Assembly (NCBI GenBank): GCA_051294375.1
Contig: JBJCIZ010000744.1
Coordinates: 624,264 to 688,263 of the forward strand
Length of the DNA stretch: 64,000 bases
Direction: 5' to 3'
From: Paraspadella gotoi
Lineage: Eukaryota; Animalia; Chaetognatha
Part shown: piece after piece, positions 1 to 11,587 of the stretch
How positions within the stretch are numbered: position 1 is the stretch's first letter
Layout of the letters: every line of letters begins with the position of its first letter
The notes under the pieces: generated by a model
Seen by the model: the letters and a program-made list of their open reading frames with translations, nothing else
Databases searched by the model: none
Told to the model about the DNA's origin: nothing
Translations under genes and position numbers: made by a program

Positions 1-168
1 GACTGTCACTGATGCGGTTACCCTAGGACAGTCTCGCTTTGCAAACGCAAAGGGAAGTTGTTAGTACTGTGGCTGGAACACAACGCTTGGGATGGTGTGT
101 TCCCCCTCTGAGCCAATGAGATTGGCTGAACGATAATGTATGTGAGGCGGTGTGAATAAACCGCTACA
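1..168 (-). repeat. Interspersed repeat family A with an LTR-like TGT terminus, in a SIRT2 intron
   Basis: Reverse complement (tgtagcggtttattcacaccgcctcac...ccaatctcattggctcag...catcccaa) matches copies at 4258-4455. Contains several hairpins. Confidence 0.65.
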
Positions 169-218
169 CTCTGCTATTTATGCCGTCAACATCAAACACG
201 CATCGATTATCGCCTCAC

Positions 219-1367
219 CCAAAAGCGCCATAAAGGGAGAAACTGTCCCGGCCTTTTCCCTGTTGATCAACAACCGCGGACAATCCCTCCCGACTTGATC
301 GATCATGGAGGCGAAAGGCTGCACCACTAGCGAGGTCCCCATGATAATGAGCAGGTCGCAGACAGGCAAATCCGCTTGGACTCTCTTGAAGAACCGCTCG
401 GGAAGATTCTCGTTGAAGAATACGATATCGGGCTTGACAAGTTCGTTGCATTCCTCGCACGAGGGCGTTCGGTCCTCCATCACCTCTTGCTTGAACCACT
501 CGCGCGAATAGGGCCGTCTGCAGCCGAGACAATGGGCGCCCTTCATCGACCCGTGTGCCTCGACGACCCGCTCCTCAGACATTCCGGCCATCATTTCCAG
601 CGCGTCCACGTTTTGAGTGAAGGACCGTAGGAGCAGACCCTTTTGTTCCAGCAAGCGCTGGAAGTAGTGACTGACGGTGGGTTTGACCTCGGCGGCGAGC
701 AGCTCCTTGGCGAGGAAGAGAAAAGGCTGCGGGTTGGCCATGAAGTAGTTGATCTCGAAGAGGGACTGCGGGTTGTCGAGTTGAAACCGTTCCGCCATGG
801 TGTCGTAGAGGCCGCTGCCGGGGCTTCGAAAGTCCGGAATCCCTGCGGAGGTGGAAATCCCGGCGCCGGTCATGAAGCAGATCTTGCGGCATTCGCCGCC
901 GGAAATGTAATCAGCGACGCCTTGAAGGCTGAGGTTGCCCTTGAGGCGCGATAGTGGGTCGAAACGGGGGGCAGTGTTGGGAGAGGCGCCGGCGTCGTCG
1001 TCGTCGTCGGCATCGATATCCAGCGCAGCTGAAGAGACGAATGGAATAATTGGACACCAACGGAATCGGTTAAATTCATAATATTACTGATATAACTGAT
1101 ATCAGACCAAAATGTGACAAGTTCAACGTTTTACTTAGTAAAACAGGTAAACGAGAATCGTCTCCACTCACCGAACCGGCTATGGACCCACTCCAAAAAG
1201 CTCTCCCTCTCCGAACGAGCCTTATCACTGTCATCGCGCGCAGAATCTCCGTCGGTCGTAGAACTCTCGTTTTGTTGAGTATCGTCGTCGTCATCGTCGT
1301 CGTCGTCTCGGCGTTTGACGGCTTTGTTTTTGTCCTTCTTCTGAATCTCATTGTTATTTTCGGACAT
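219..1367 (-). CDS. SIRT2: Class I sirtuin, SIRT2-like NAD-dependent deacetylase; 3' exons lie beyond the window start
   Basis: Motifs GAGISTSAGIPDFRS, TQNVD, HG, CxxC..CxxC, KPDIVFF, GTSLVVQP and PRLLINRE. Exons about 1367-1170 and 1028-219 with GT/AG boundaries. Confidence 0.9.
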
Positions 1368-1455
1368 TTCTTTCTGTTAATTTTTTTTTTTTTTTGGATC
1401 AAAAGAATTTAACGTATGATCTACTATACTATACCAAATTTTGTAATTCAGTCTC

Positions 1456-1498
1456 AGCACTGATGATGAACGAAATACACGTTCGAAACATGTCTGCT
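1456..1498 (+). ncRNA. Minimal type I hammerhead ribozyme (Penelope-like element type)
   Basis: agca-CTGATGA-t-gaacg/cgttc stem II-GAAA-catg-TC-tgct. Stem I is agca/tgct, stem III is the palindrome ACATGT, and the GUC cleavage site ends at 1494. Confidence 0.75.
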
Positions 1499-1765
1499 AC
1501 CATTTAAATAAAAAATTCGTTGTGAAAAACTGAAAATTGTTATTTCGTCTGATCTACTATACATAATATTTCATTCGATATATAAAAACCATCGGGTAAA
1601 AATAAAATTGCTATGCGATTTTTAGTTCAATGTAAATTCTGGAATTTGGAATAAAATTTATCGTAACCACGGAAACGGAAACTCGAAAGGCGTAGTACGA
1701 ACTTTCCTTTGCCCCACCCAAACTCTCATCCTCTCTCGCTCTCGCTCTCTATCTCTCTCAGAACA

Positions 1766-2826
1766 TCAACTAAAGTCCTCAACGTCGTCCAACCCCATAC
1801 TTCCAATTCCACTCGTATCAATCGAATCGAGGCGACGGCGATAGTCGGACAGGGCTGGCCTTTCGGCGAAGGCGTCCAGAGCCGCCGGCAACTGTTTCAA
1901 GATTTCCCGATAACGCGAAAGATTAGAGACGAACCTGATGCAAACCGACGCTTCAAACAAAACTCTAAAAGGGAGAGATGGTGCGGAAACGTTTTATATT
2001 TCAATTGAAAAGATTCTCACGGTTTGGCCGATTTGAAAGAACCGCACGAGCTTCCGAACGACGTTGTCGAGATGGAACTCAAACACTCGACGTCTTCGAT
2101 ATCGCTCTTCGGAAGGGGGGGCGGGTTCGGAAGGGGGGGCGGGTTCGTCTGAGGGGCCGATGGTCTTTTCGCTTCATCGGCAGCCTTTTTCACCTCAGCA
2201 TCCCAATCCTCCTCGGAGGGAACTTCCACCGAATCGGAATCGATGCGCTGAACCAGGCCCTTACCCTCGGCTGCGGCGGTTATAGGAAAGTTCGGGGGGG
2301 GGAGAGGGAGAGAATATATTAATTCGACCATGAAAATTTTTAAAAAAGTATCAAATGCGTAAAAAGAATGCGAAGCGAACAAAAACCTCTCGAGTAAATA
2401 TTCTTTTCGATGGTAAATCTGTCCGGACAACGTGACTTGTGAAAATTAAACTCGGTCGCAGGAACGTGATGCCTTTTCGTCACGAGCGGCCAAAGTATCA
2501 TCGATTTAATCAACTCAACTCATTCGAAATTTTTCATATTCGGTAACGAAAATTCCTCTTTGTCGACACTCACAAGGAATTGAAAGGACATTCCTTGAAG
2601 TCTTTGACGCCTTTCCAATTATTCCTCTCCACCGCGAGATGGTAGGGCATTCGCTTGGCTCGAATCATGTGCGTCTGCGGGGAGTATTGATACAACCCGT
2701 TGAGAAAAGAGTGGAACAAAAAAGAACAAAAAATATACTAAATTAAGAAAAAGAAGACTAGACCTTGTCGTAAGGGCACTGAACCAAATCATCGGGACCC
2801 AAATCGGGAAAGTACACCTCCGCCAT
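1766..2826 (-). CDS. GTSF1: Gametocyte-specific factor 1 / Asterix-like CHHC zinc-finger protein (piRNA pathway), 5 exons
   Basis: Exons 2826-2764, 2674-2574, 2472-2387, 2270-2021 and ~1964-1766 splice in frame to MAEVYFPDLGPDDLVQCPYDKTHMIRAKRMPYHLAVERNNWKGVKDFKECPFNSLHHVPATEFNFHKSRCPDR...EEDWDAE. The ORF track does not recover it as one gene. Confidence 0.85.
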
Positions 2827-3209
2827 AGGTACGCTCGGCGAAGAGGGACGCGACGAAAGAGAGGCGGGGTTGGACAGGGAGCGGCGGGAACAAAAAAGAT
2901 AGCGTTCGAGTTTCGCCGTCGACGATAGATAGGCCTCGAAGGAGACAATATCACAGAAGCTGCGAGACTAAATTTTAAAAGATCATATTTCAAAAATGTT
3001 TGGGAAATGAGAGTGGGGGAATTAAACTTCGCCGAATTCGAAATTTACAACGCGCAGTAAATTAATATCGGCGTCATTTTTTTAGGTGACGGGTAGGAGA
3101 GGGGGAGGGGGGTAGGGAAGGGGGTAGGGTAGGGGGAAGGGGTGTGCATCTTTTCGCTATTGGAGGAGGGCGGGGTCCGCTATATTAACCATTCCTTCCT
3201 TTCCCAACT

Positions 3210-4879
3210 TCATTTCAAATCCAGTTCCTCCGTCATGAGTTTCTCCTTGACCGTCCATACGTGGGTGAGGGTCCAGCGGTCGAGCTTGGTGATCGTCTCG
3301 TACTTGGCGACGGCTTGGGAAAATGCCTCCACGTCGTTTTCCTCGGCGGCCTCGGCGAGGGCTCGAACGAGCACGTTCTCGCGGCAGCCGACGAAGGCCG
3401 GGTGCTGATCCTCGTAGCGATCGAGTGCGGCGCGGGCCGAGGTGGGGTCGGAGCAAAGATGCATGAGGGCGCTCTTGAAGTAGACGTCCTTGGCGCCCCA
3501 GCGGAGAAGGTGGTGGTCGGCGCGGGTGGTCGCCACCTTGAATGGTAAGGCGGAGTAAGGTTATTTTATTATTTTTTCAATACTTACCAAAACCAAAAAC
3601 GGAAATCATTCGAAAAATCGCTCAAACATGAATGATTTTTCCATTTCCTTCACCTCCTCGTAGATCCCGATAGATTTCATGTAGAGTCGGTCCAAAGCCG
3701 CGTAGTCGGCCACTTTCAAGAGGCACTTGGTGGCCGAGGCTTCCGAGTCTCCGTCCTCCTTGAAGTATTCCGCGGCGCGGGCGTAGTTGCGGCCGGCGGC
3801 GGCGTCGTCGTTGAGAGACTCGCTTAGTTCAGCCATCGCCTGTCGGAGGAATAAACTGATTTCAAAACAGATATGACAGACAAAACAGAAAGACAAAGAA
3901 AAGAGACGACGAACTTGAAAACAGATATGACAGACAAAACAGAAAGACAAAGAAAAGAGACGACGAACTTGAAAACAGATATGACAGACAAAACAGAAAG
4001 ACAAAGAAAAGAGTCGACGAACTTGAAAAGTCTTGCCAGCTCTCGCGTACTTCCCGGCGTCGATGAAGAGATCGCCGGCGGTCTGCCAAAGACGAAGAGC
4101 TTCGGGAGGATTGACTTTTTTGTAGGAAACGGCGGCGTCGCCGAGGTAGGCCACTTGCATGTGGGGGCGTTTTAATCTGCGTAAGGAAAATTTAGAATTG
4201 CGTAAAAACTCTTGGAAAACTTGTTAATTGCGGGGAATCATAAGTAAATCTGAACACTGTGGTGGTATATTCACACCGCCTCACTTATGTTTCCATTCAC
4301 AGGTCCCAGGAGAGATTTCACAATCCCAACCTTACATTTTTCATTCTATCCTAAGTAAATCTAAACACTATGGCGGTATATTCATACCGCCTCACCTATG
4401 TTTCCATTAAACTAATCCCATTGGCTCACAGGAAGAATGCAACATCCCAACCTTACATTCTATCCAGTCCTACAGATTTCCCTCTGAGAGTCGGAAGCCC
4501 CTAAAACCAACGGGTGAGATCATGTTCATCATTATCATCAGGAGCATCATCATCATCACACTCAGCAGGGCATCGCAAAAAGCTCACATCCTTGTGACTT
4601 TTACCTGCTCGCCATTTTGGCGGCGTTGGCGAAGGCCAGTCCGGCGCGATCCCAACGCTGCGCCATCTTGAATTTGTTGGCCGCCTGGACGTAGAGGGAT
4701 TCGGCTTCGTCGAGCGCCTCGCCCTTTCCGGTCAGCGTCCCCCAGAAGCCTTTGACGGAGACGCACTTGGACTCTGCCTGAGCGAAGAGCTCCTCGCCTA
4801 GGATGGCCGGGTCGCCGGCTTGGTCAAGGTTGCTCTTCTTGCCACGACCGTATTTGGCGGCGATGGCGGCGCTTGCCAT
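3210..4879 (-). CDS. NAPA: Alpha-SNAP-like (NSF attachment protein), 4 exons, divergent
   Basis: Motifs YVQAANKFKMAQRW..AG.AF, YKKVNP.EA, A.KCLLKVADYAA, AL.RYED.HPAF...RE and the C-terminus EELDLK. Confidence 0.85.
3861..4028. repeat. Three tandem copies of a 54-bp unit overlapping a NAPA 5' splice site
   Basis: Unit aaaacagatatgacagacaaaacagaaagacaaagaaaagagacgacgaacttg is repeated three times. Confidence 0.95.
4258..4455 (+). repeat. Two tandem partial copies of repeat family A in a NAPA intron
   Basis: taagtaaatct(g/a)aacact(g/a)tgg(t/c)ggtatattca(c/t)accgcctcac is duplicated at ~111 bp spacing and is similar to 1-168 reversed. Confidence 0.7.
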
Positions 4880-5155
4880 TTTTTTATGTGTTAGTTTTTA
4901 AAACTTAAAAAGATTTAAATCGAAATTCCAAAAATTGGGATCAAGAGACGNNNNNNNNNNNNNNNNNNNNNNNNNAAGGGAGATGTATATATTAGCCATC
5001 AATGGACGCTCACTTTAAACTGAGGGGAATTGAAGAATTAAATTGTTGGTGGAAGTAGAACTATTGTTAGACACAACTTTGAACCTTGGAACCGTCAACT
5101 TCTGCTATTTGTAACTTGTTTATTATTATTTAATCATTAGTTAGGTTACTTTTTA

Positions 5156-5336
5156 CTTTCGCCGACCCGGGTGTAGGAGGTGCGTTAGGGTTAAGGGTGG
5201 TTTAGGGTTAGGGTTAAAAGGTTAGGGTTAAGGGTAAAGGTAATTAGGTATATATTTTTTGTAAAAATTTTTGTTTAAAAGTAAAAATATTTTTAAATAA
5301 GTTTTTCAAAAGCCGCTCAACGCGCGGTCGCGAAAT
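5156..5336. mobile_element. MITE with CTTTCGCCGACC terminal inverted repeats and internal TTAGGG-like repeats (copy inside the inverted duplicate)
   Basis: Mirror image of 8776-8955; same family as 47738-47859. Confidence 0.6.
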
Positions 5337-5371
5337 GGAGTAAAATTAGATCTCAGTTTATATTGCCTTAA

Positions 5372-5779
5372 CGCCATTTTTAGCTGATTATCGTTAATTT
5401 ATATTATTATTAACCTGTCATTTTTACTGATTATCCTGGTTAATTTATATTATTATTAACCCATTTTATTGATTATGCGTTATTTATATTATATTAACCA
5501 CATTTTACTTGATTATCGTTAATTTATATTTATTATTAACCCATTTTACTGATTATCGTTAATTTATATTATTATTAACCCGATTTTAACTGATTATCGT
5601 TAATTTATATTTATTATTAAGCCATTTTACTGATTATCGTTATTTATATTATTATTAACCCATTTTACTGATTATCGTTTAATTTATATTATATATTAAC
5701 CATTTTACTGATTATCGTATAATTTATTTATTATTAACCCATTTTACTGATTATCGTTAATTTATATTATTATTTAAGC
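5372..5779. repeat. AT-rich ~37-bp minisatellite, about 11 copies
   Basis: ccattttactgattatcgttaatttatattattattaac repeated with indels. A shorter mirror copy lies at ~8610-8750. Confidence 0.9.
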
Positions 5780-5839
5780 CCCCCGAAGCAGCGAATTGAG
5801 AATGGAATTGAATCTTCTTTGTTCGGTTTTTCCCCGTCA

Positions 5840-6994
5840 GGTCGTCTTCCTCCTGGTGGCGTGTATTGACGAAGGGAGTGGGTGGACGACGAAGGATGGC
5901 GCGAGTATCTCCGCGCTTCCGCTCCATCTTCCGTCGAGACGCCGACGTCCCTCTCGTCGTCGTCCCTGGAAATCACGACGTCGGGTTTCACCACGTCGTC
6001 GCGGCCGTTCCCGTATGTGTGGGTTGTTTCTTTTGTTTTCTCACGTTTTGTTTTGTTTTTTGTCGAACCGGAGGGTAGTTTTCTCTCTCTTTATTCAAAC
6101 GATATTTGTGTTGAGTTCGGAGACATATGATGACGTAACATAACATATTTCTTCGATCATGAATCAGATCTGCGATCTCGATTCTCCGACGTCTTCCCGT
6201 CCGACGAAGTCGGCTGCTTCGTTCTCAAAACGTCACCTTCGTCCTCATAAACTCGATGGCCTTCGAAGGCGACGACTGCAGCCTCTGCCGCCGCGCCGAA
6301 ACTCAGCTTCGCTCCGTCGCCCGTGACCTCGAATGCGCCCGTCGCGGCTCTGCGAAACCCTGCAAACCTCGGCCCCGGCGAGAGCTTCCCCATCGCCGCC
6401 CGTCCTGCTGCAGCACTTTCCGCTCTTCCGCCGCAGCGACGAAAGCTGCTCCGAGCCCGACGAGGCGCGCCCGCGGAGAAAAACCACGCCCTTCGGGAGA
6501 AATGGGATTGCGTTTCGCGAGAATCCACAGAGCGGATCCTTTCGCTGATCGAGCCTCGACTCATTCTTTCCGGACACACCCACCACGGATGCCTGACTCG
6601 CCACCCGTCGAGGGAGAGAGAGAGCGGACGTTAATTTTCCGAGTATTCCGTCAGCTCTTTTTCCTGGAGAAACAGGAACAACCCCGCGTTTCTCCTGACG
6701 GTCTTGTCCGCCAATAACTCCGCCGTCTCTAAGTGCTATTTGCCAGAAGAGTCCTCCGTTCTCTTCAACTATTCCGCCGGAAGTGCCTTCCTTTTCGCCT
6801 ACGCTTTGCTGCCGTGGGCGTGGCTGCGCCGTTTAGTCGCGTCCTTCCTTCGCCTCGTTCTCGGCGATCTGGGCAGAGGGGTCCGTTCGGTCGCTTGGAC
6901 CCGAAGACGAGAGAGAGATTCCGACTTTCGAAAAACAACTAACGACGATTTGGGGTTACTCCCTTACAAAATGAAGGGATTTTTTTATATTTGA
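5840..6994 (+). pseudogene. Inverted second copy of MPPE1 exons 2-3, lacking exon 1; probably an assembly duplicate
   Basis: Near-identical reverse complement of 7401-8560. Encodes PGNHDVGFH, LILSGHTHHGC, SVSSFSWRNRNNPAF and SKCYLPEE, with frameshifts. Confidence 0.6.
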
Positions 6995-7400
6995 TATATT
7001 TTTTAGTATTTTTCATTTATTAGTATGCGAACCCCTTCTTAGGTTTTTGTTCTTTGAATAAAGTTATTAAAACCACAAGTGCACTCCATAACCTAAAGTG
7101 CGCTACGAAACCGACTAGTCATGAATGTCAATAAACATGACGTTCACGTTTCTACTCCGAGTCTTAACCCCTCCCTAACCCCGGTCGGCGAAAGTAAAAG
7201 TAACCTAACTAATGATTAAATAATTAATAAACAAGTTACAAATGAGAGAAGTTGACGGTTCCAAGGTTCAAAGTTGTGTCTAACAATATCTACTTCACCA
7301 ACGAATTTAATTCTTCAATTCCCCTCAGTTTAAAGTGAGCGTCCATTGATTGGGTAATATATCAAATTCCCTTCTTATTCATTTTTGCTCNNNNNNNNNN

Positions 7401-9606
7401 TCAAAAAAATCCCTTCATTTTGTAAGGGAGTAACCCCCAAATCGTCGTTAGTTGTTTTTCGAAAGTCGGAATCTCTCTCTCGTCTTCGGGTCCCAAGCGA
7501 CCGAACGGACCCCTCTGCCCAGATCGCCGAGAACGAGGCGAAGGAAGGACGCGACTAAACGGCGCAGCCACGCCCACGGCAGCAAAGCGTAGGCGAAAAG
7601 GAAGGCACTTCCGGCGGAATAGTTGAAGAGAACGGAGGACTCTTCTGGCAAATAGCACTTAGAGACGGCGGAGTTATTGGCGGACAAGACCGTCAGGAGA
7701 AACGCGGGGTTGTTCCTGTTTCTCCAGGAAAAAGAGCTGACGGAATACTCGGGAATTAACGTCCGCTCTCTCTCTCCCCTCGACGGGTGGCGAGTCAGGC
7801 ATCCGTGGTGGGTGTGTCCGGAAAGAATGAGTCGAGGCTCGATCAGCGAAAGGATCCGCTCTGTGGATTCTCGCGAAACGCAATCCCATTTCTCCCGAAA
7901 GGGCGTGGTTTTCTCCGCGGGCGGCGCCTCGTCGGGCTCGGAGCAGCTTTCGTCGCTGCGGCGGAAGAGCGGAAAGTGCTGCAGCAGGACGGGCGGCGAT
8001 GGGGGAAGCTCTCGCCGGGGCCGAGGTTTGCAGGGTTTCGCAGAGCCGCGACGGGCGCATTCCAAGGTCAACGGGCGCACGGAGCGAAGCTGAGTTTCGG
8101 CGCGGCGCAGAGGGCTGCAGTCGTCGCCTTGAAGCCCATCGAGTTTATGAGGCGAAGGTGTACGTTTTTGAGAACGAAGGCAGCCGACTTCGTCGGACGG
8201 GAAGACGTCGGAGAATCGAGATCGCAGATCTGATTCATGATCGAAGAAATATGTTATGTTACGTCATCATATGTCTCCGAACTCAAACAATATCGTTTTG
8301 ATAAAGAAGAAAACTACCCTCGGTTCGACAAAAAACAAACAAAACGTGAGAAAACAAAAGAAACAACCCACAATACGGGGAACGGCGCGACGACGTGGTG
8401 AAACCCGACGTCGTGATTTCCAGGGACGAACGACGAGAGGGACGTCCGGCGTCCTCGACCGGAAGATGGAGCGGGAAGCGCGGAGATACTCGCGCCATCC
8501 TTCGTCGTCCACCCACTCCCTTCGTCAAAACGTCTCCCAAGGAGGTAAGACGACCTGACGGGGACCAAAAACCGAGAGATTCAATCCATTTCTCAATCGC
8601 TGCTGGGGGGCTTAATAATAAAAAATTACGACAGTAAAATGGGTAATAGTTAACTTAATAATAATATAAATTCAACGAATAATCAGTAAAATGGGTTAAT
8701 AATAATATATAATTCAACGCCTAACGATAATCAATAAAATGGGTTAGAATATAAAACTAATGAGCTAAATTTTGACTTTCCGCCGACCGCGGTTGAGCCG
8801 GCTTTTGCAAAAACTTATTAAAAATATTTTTTACTTTTTAAACAAAATTTTTACAAAAAATATTACCTAATTACCTTTACCCTTAACCCTGAACCCTTTT
8901 AACCCTACCTAACCACCCTTAACCCTAACCCCTCCCTAACCCCGGTCGGCGAAAGTAAAAGTAAACCTAACAATGATTAAATAATTAATAAACAAGTTAC
9001 AAATGAGAGAAGTTGACGGTTCCAAGGTTCAAAGTTGTGTCTAACAATATCTACTTCACCAACGAATTAATTCTTCAATTCCCCTCAGTTTAAAGTGAGC
9101 GTCCATTGATTGGGTATATATATCAAATTCCTTTCTTATTCACCATTTTTGCTCAAGTTGCTAAATTTTCATTCCCTATTATAAAAACTATTCTCCAGAT
9201 CTAAAACTTCCGGATCAAGTATATCAGGCCCAATTTTTACTGGACATCTTACGGTCAGCTGCCAAAGATGATCTGACCACATAGAAAAAAAAAAAATAAT
9301 CGTCCTTACTTCCGGACGAAAAAGCGTGATCGCCGTCTGAAAGGCCCGCTCCATCTCCCACTCTCGCCTCAACTTGTCCGCCCAGTGTCCTCGCATCGGG
9401 CCCAGCAGGTGCGTGTCGGCGAGCACCATGGCGCGCAGTGGCGCGCGTTTGTTCGAAGCGTCGACGCCGGGTTCGAGGAGCGACGGCCACGAGCATTTCC
9501 AAAGGGTCAGGTAGTAAACGGCGAACTCGTTGTAAAGGCCCAAGAGAAAAAGGCCAAGAAGCAACTGCAAGAGTCTGTCGCAGCGACGGGCGATTTTCCG
9601 GAGCAT
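7401..9606 (-). CDS. MPPE1: Metallophosphoesterase 1 (PGAP5); exon 1 is clean, downstream exons contain indels
   Basis: Exon 1 has LRAMVLADTHLLG..GHWADKLRREWEMERAFQTA. Later exons have GNHD, SGHTH and FSWRNRNNP plus a C-terminal TM segment. Confidence 0.85.
8776..8955. mobile_element. TTAGGG-bearing MITE in MPPE1 intron 1
   Basis: Termini ctttc(c)gccgacc...ggtcggcgaaag with internal (ccctaa)n-like tracts. Confidence 0.65.
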
Positions 9607-10858
9607 CGATCGAGTTTGGGTTATACTCGATTGGTATATAATAATTGCATCACGAGGATCTCGACGCGAAAGAACTGCGCGTTTCTATCGATATTAATCT
9701 GATGTGGAAAAGTAACCAAATGAAATTTGAGTTAAAACGAAAGCGCCGAGACAGTTTAAAATAACTTTGCCATTAAATAATTTGGAAAGTCAAGAGCTCA
9801 ATCAATGGCTGGAGCTATAGGATTTTCATAACACATACTACTTTTTTGATCAAACCTTCCACGGGTTTCTTTTGTAGAAAAGCATATGTAAAATGAAATG
9901 TACTGAAATAAATTTTGCATTTCTTGTTTCATTATTATTTTCACTGTAGTTCAGATAATCGATTTTCAGGTCAGTTGTTGATATTAAACAATTGCTAATC
10001 AGCATTACTTTTTCCCAGATGAGAGTAGAATAGCTCAAAGACCAAAATTTCTGGTTAAAGTCTCGGCTAATAAAAAAGAAATTAAAAGTTATTGTTTGAA
10101 TCTTTATTCGAAGAAATCAAATAATAAAGGAGTACAAAAATTAAATAAACAAATATACTAAGAATGACAGATTATCACAACCAATTCTGACAAAGACTAC
10201 ACTGATGGCATGTAGGGTAAACTATAAAAAATTTTAAATTTTTGTGGCAATGATATTCGTAAGAATTTTTTTTAAAATTTCTATAAATTTTAAGTGCAGC
10301 AAAAACTTGAGTAATGTTTAAAATTAAAATGAAAAAAATCAACATTAGGCCTTTCAGAAGGTTAAAAGTACTTCCCAATTCGCATATAACAATATTATTA
10401 GAGCGAATAAAGTACGAACGAAAAATCATGAGGGCGATCTGTAAAGAAAAGGGACGAAAGACTCATAACGATGGAAGTTGCCAAGAAAAAAAAAAGATTT
10501 AAAATTGGTGCTCATGCTGAGTAATTTCATACAGATGACTTAGATTTTTTTTAAATCGAGATCCGTTCCCTGGCGAACCAATCGAACAAACACCTTCCCA
10601 ATAGACGCATCACTGCATCTTAAGCCTCTTGAAAAACACAAGTTTTTTATAGACAGTGAAACGCTAGTTGGAAAAAACATGGAACTGCACGGCGGTGAAG
10701 AAGATTAAAACAAATGTTTTCATTGAAATTATTGGTTTTTCGTTGTTCTTGACGGAGGAAATACTTACAATTACGTACGACCTGAATAATAAGCGAAAAG
10801 ATTTTGGTCGAGTTATAGAGCACGAGTAATTACGAATAGCAATCAAGAAAAGAAAATC

Positions 10859-10860
<2 letters not shown>

Positions 10861-10919
<59 letters not shown>
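10861..10919. repeat. (GA)n microsatellite
   Basis: Seen directly. Similar GA/CT tracts at 13638-13689, 29694-29763 and 39960-40007. Confidence 0.95.
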
Positions 10920-11587
10920 ATCAATTCTCATTTTGATGAAAAAATAAGTACACATCACCTTTTTTATTAGCGGCAGCGTTTAAACAACCCGGCTTTTATT
11001 TTCCGACTCGGTTAACCCCCTTTTCTCTGGCCACCCTCTGGCGGACGATCAACGAATCTTGTTTCGTTGCGGGTAAGACACGCCCACTCAGAAACACGTT
11101 GAACATAAAAGGAATTTAATAACAAGAAAAAGCCATGCGATAGCGATAGCGATAAAAAAAAAGAAAACGACCCGCGTCGCAATAAGCGGAAGAATCGATC
11201 GGCGGGGAAAAGCCAACTGACTTCCTCACTTTCGCGCTCGATAAAAAAGCTGCTGCGTCATTGGCCCACTTTTAACGATCAAAACAAAAGGTGGGGGGGG
11301 GAGGGTAAGCGAAAACGCGCCAAGCAAAAACAAGACAAAGAGAAGAGAAAAATAAGAAAAAATTAAAAAGGAGAAGAGAGAGAGAGAGAGTTGTGTCAAT
11401 AAAGGAAAGAAAAAAAAAACCTCTAAAAAAAAGTATGAAGCGGCGGTTGAGATTTCGGTCGTTCTTTCTTTTTTCCGACAAAAGCTTATACCGTATGCAG
11501 CGCGATGCGACAGATAAAAAAAAAAAAAGAAGCTTAGTACTATCAACGTCCCTTCTTCCTTTTTGAAATCTTTTCTTTTTTTGGTTT

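Noticed and set aside
5796-8568. Frameshifts in MPPE1 as programmed frameshifting or true pseudogenisation
   Set aside because: The indels differ between the two copies and cluster in gap-adjacent sequence, which fits sequencing error.
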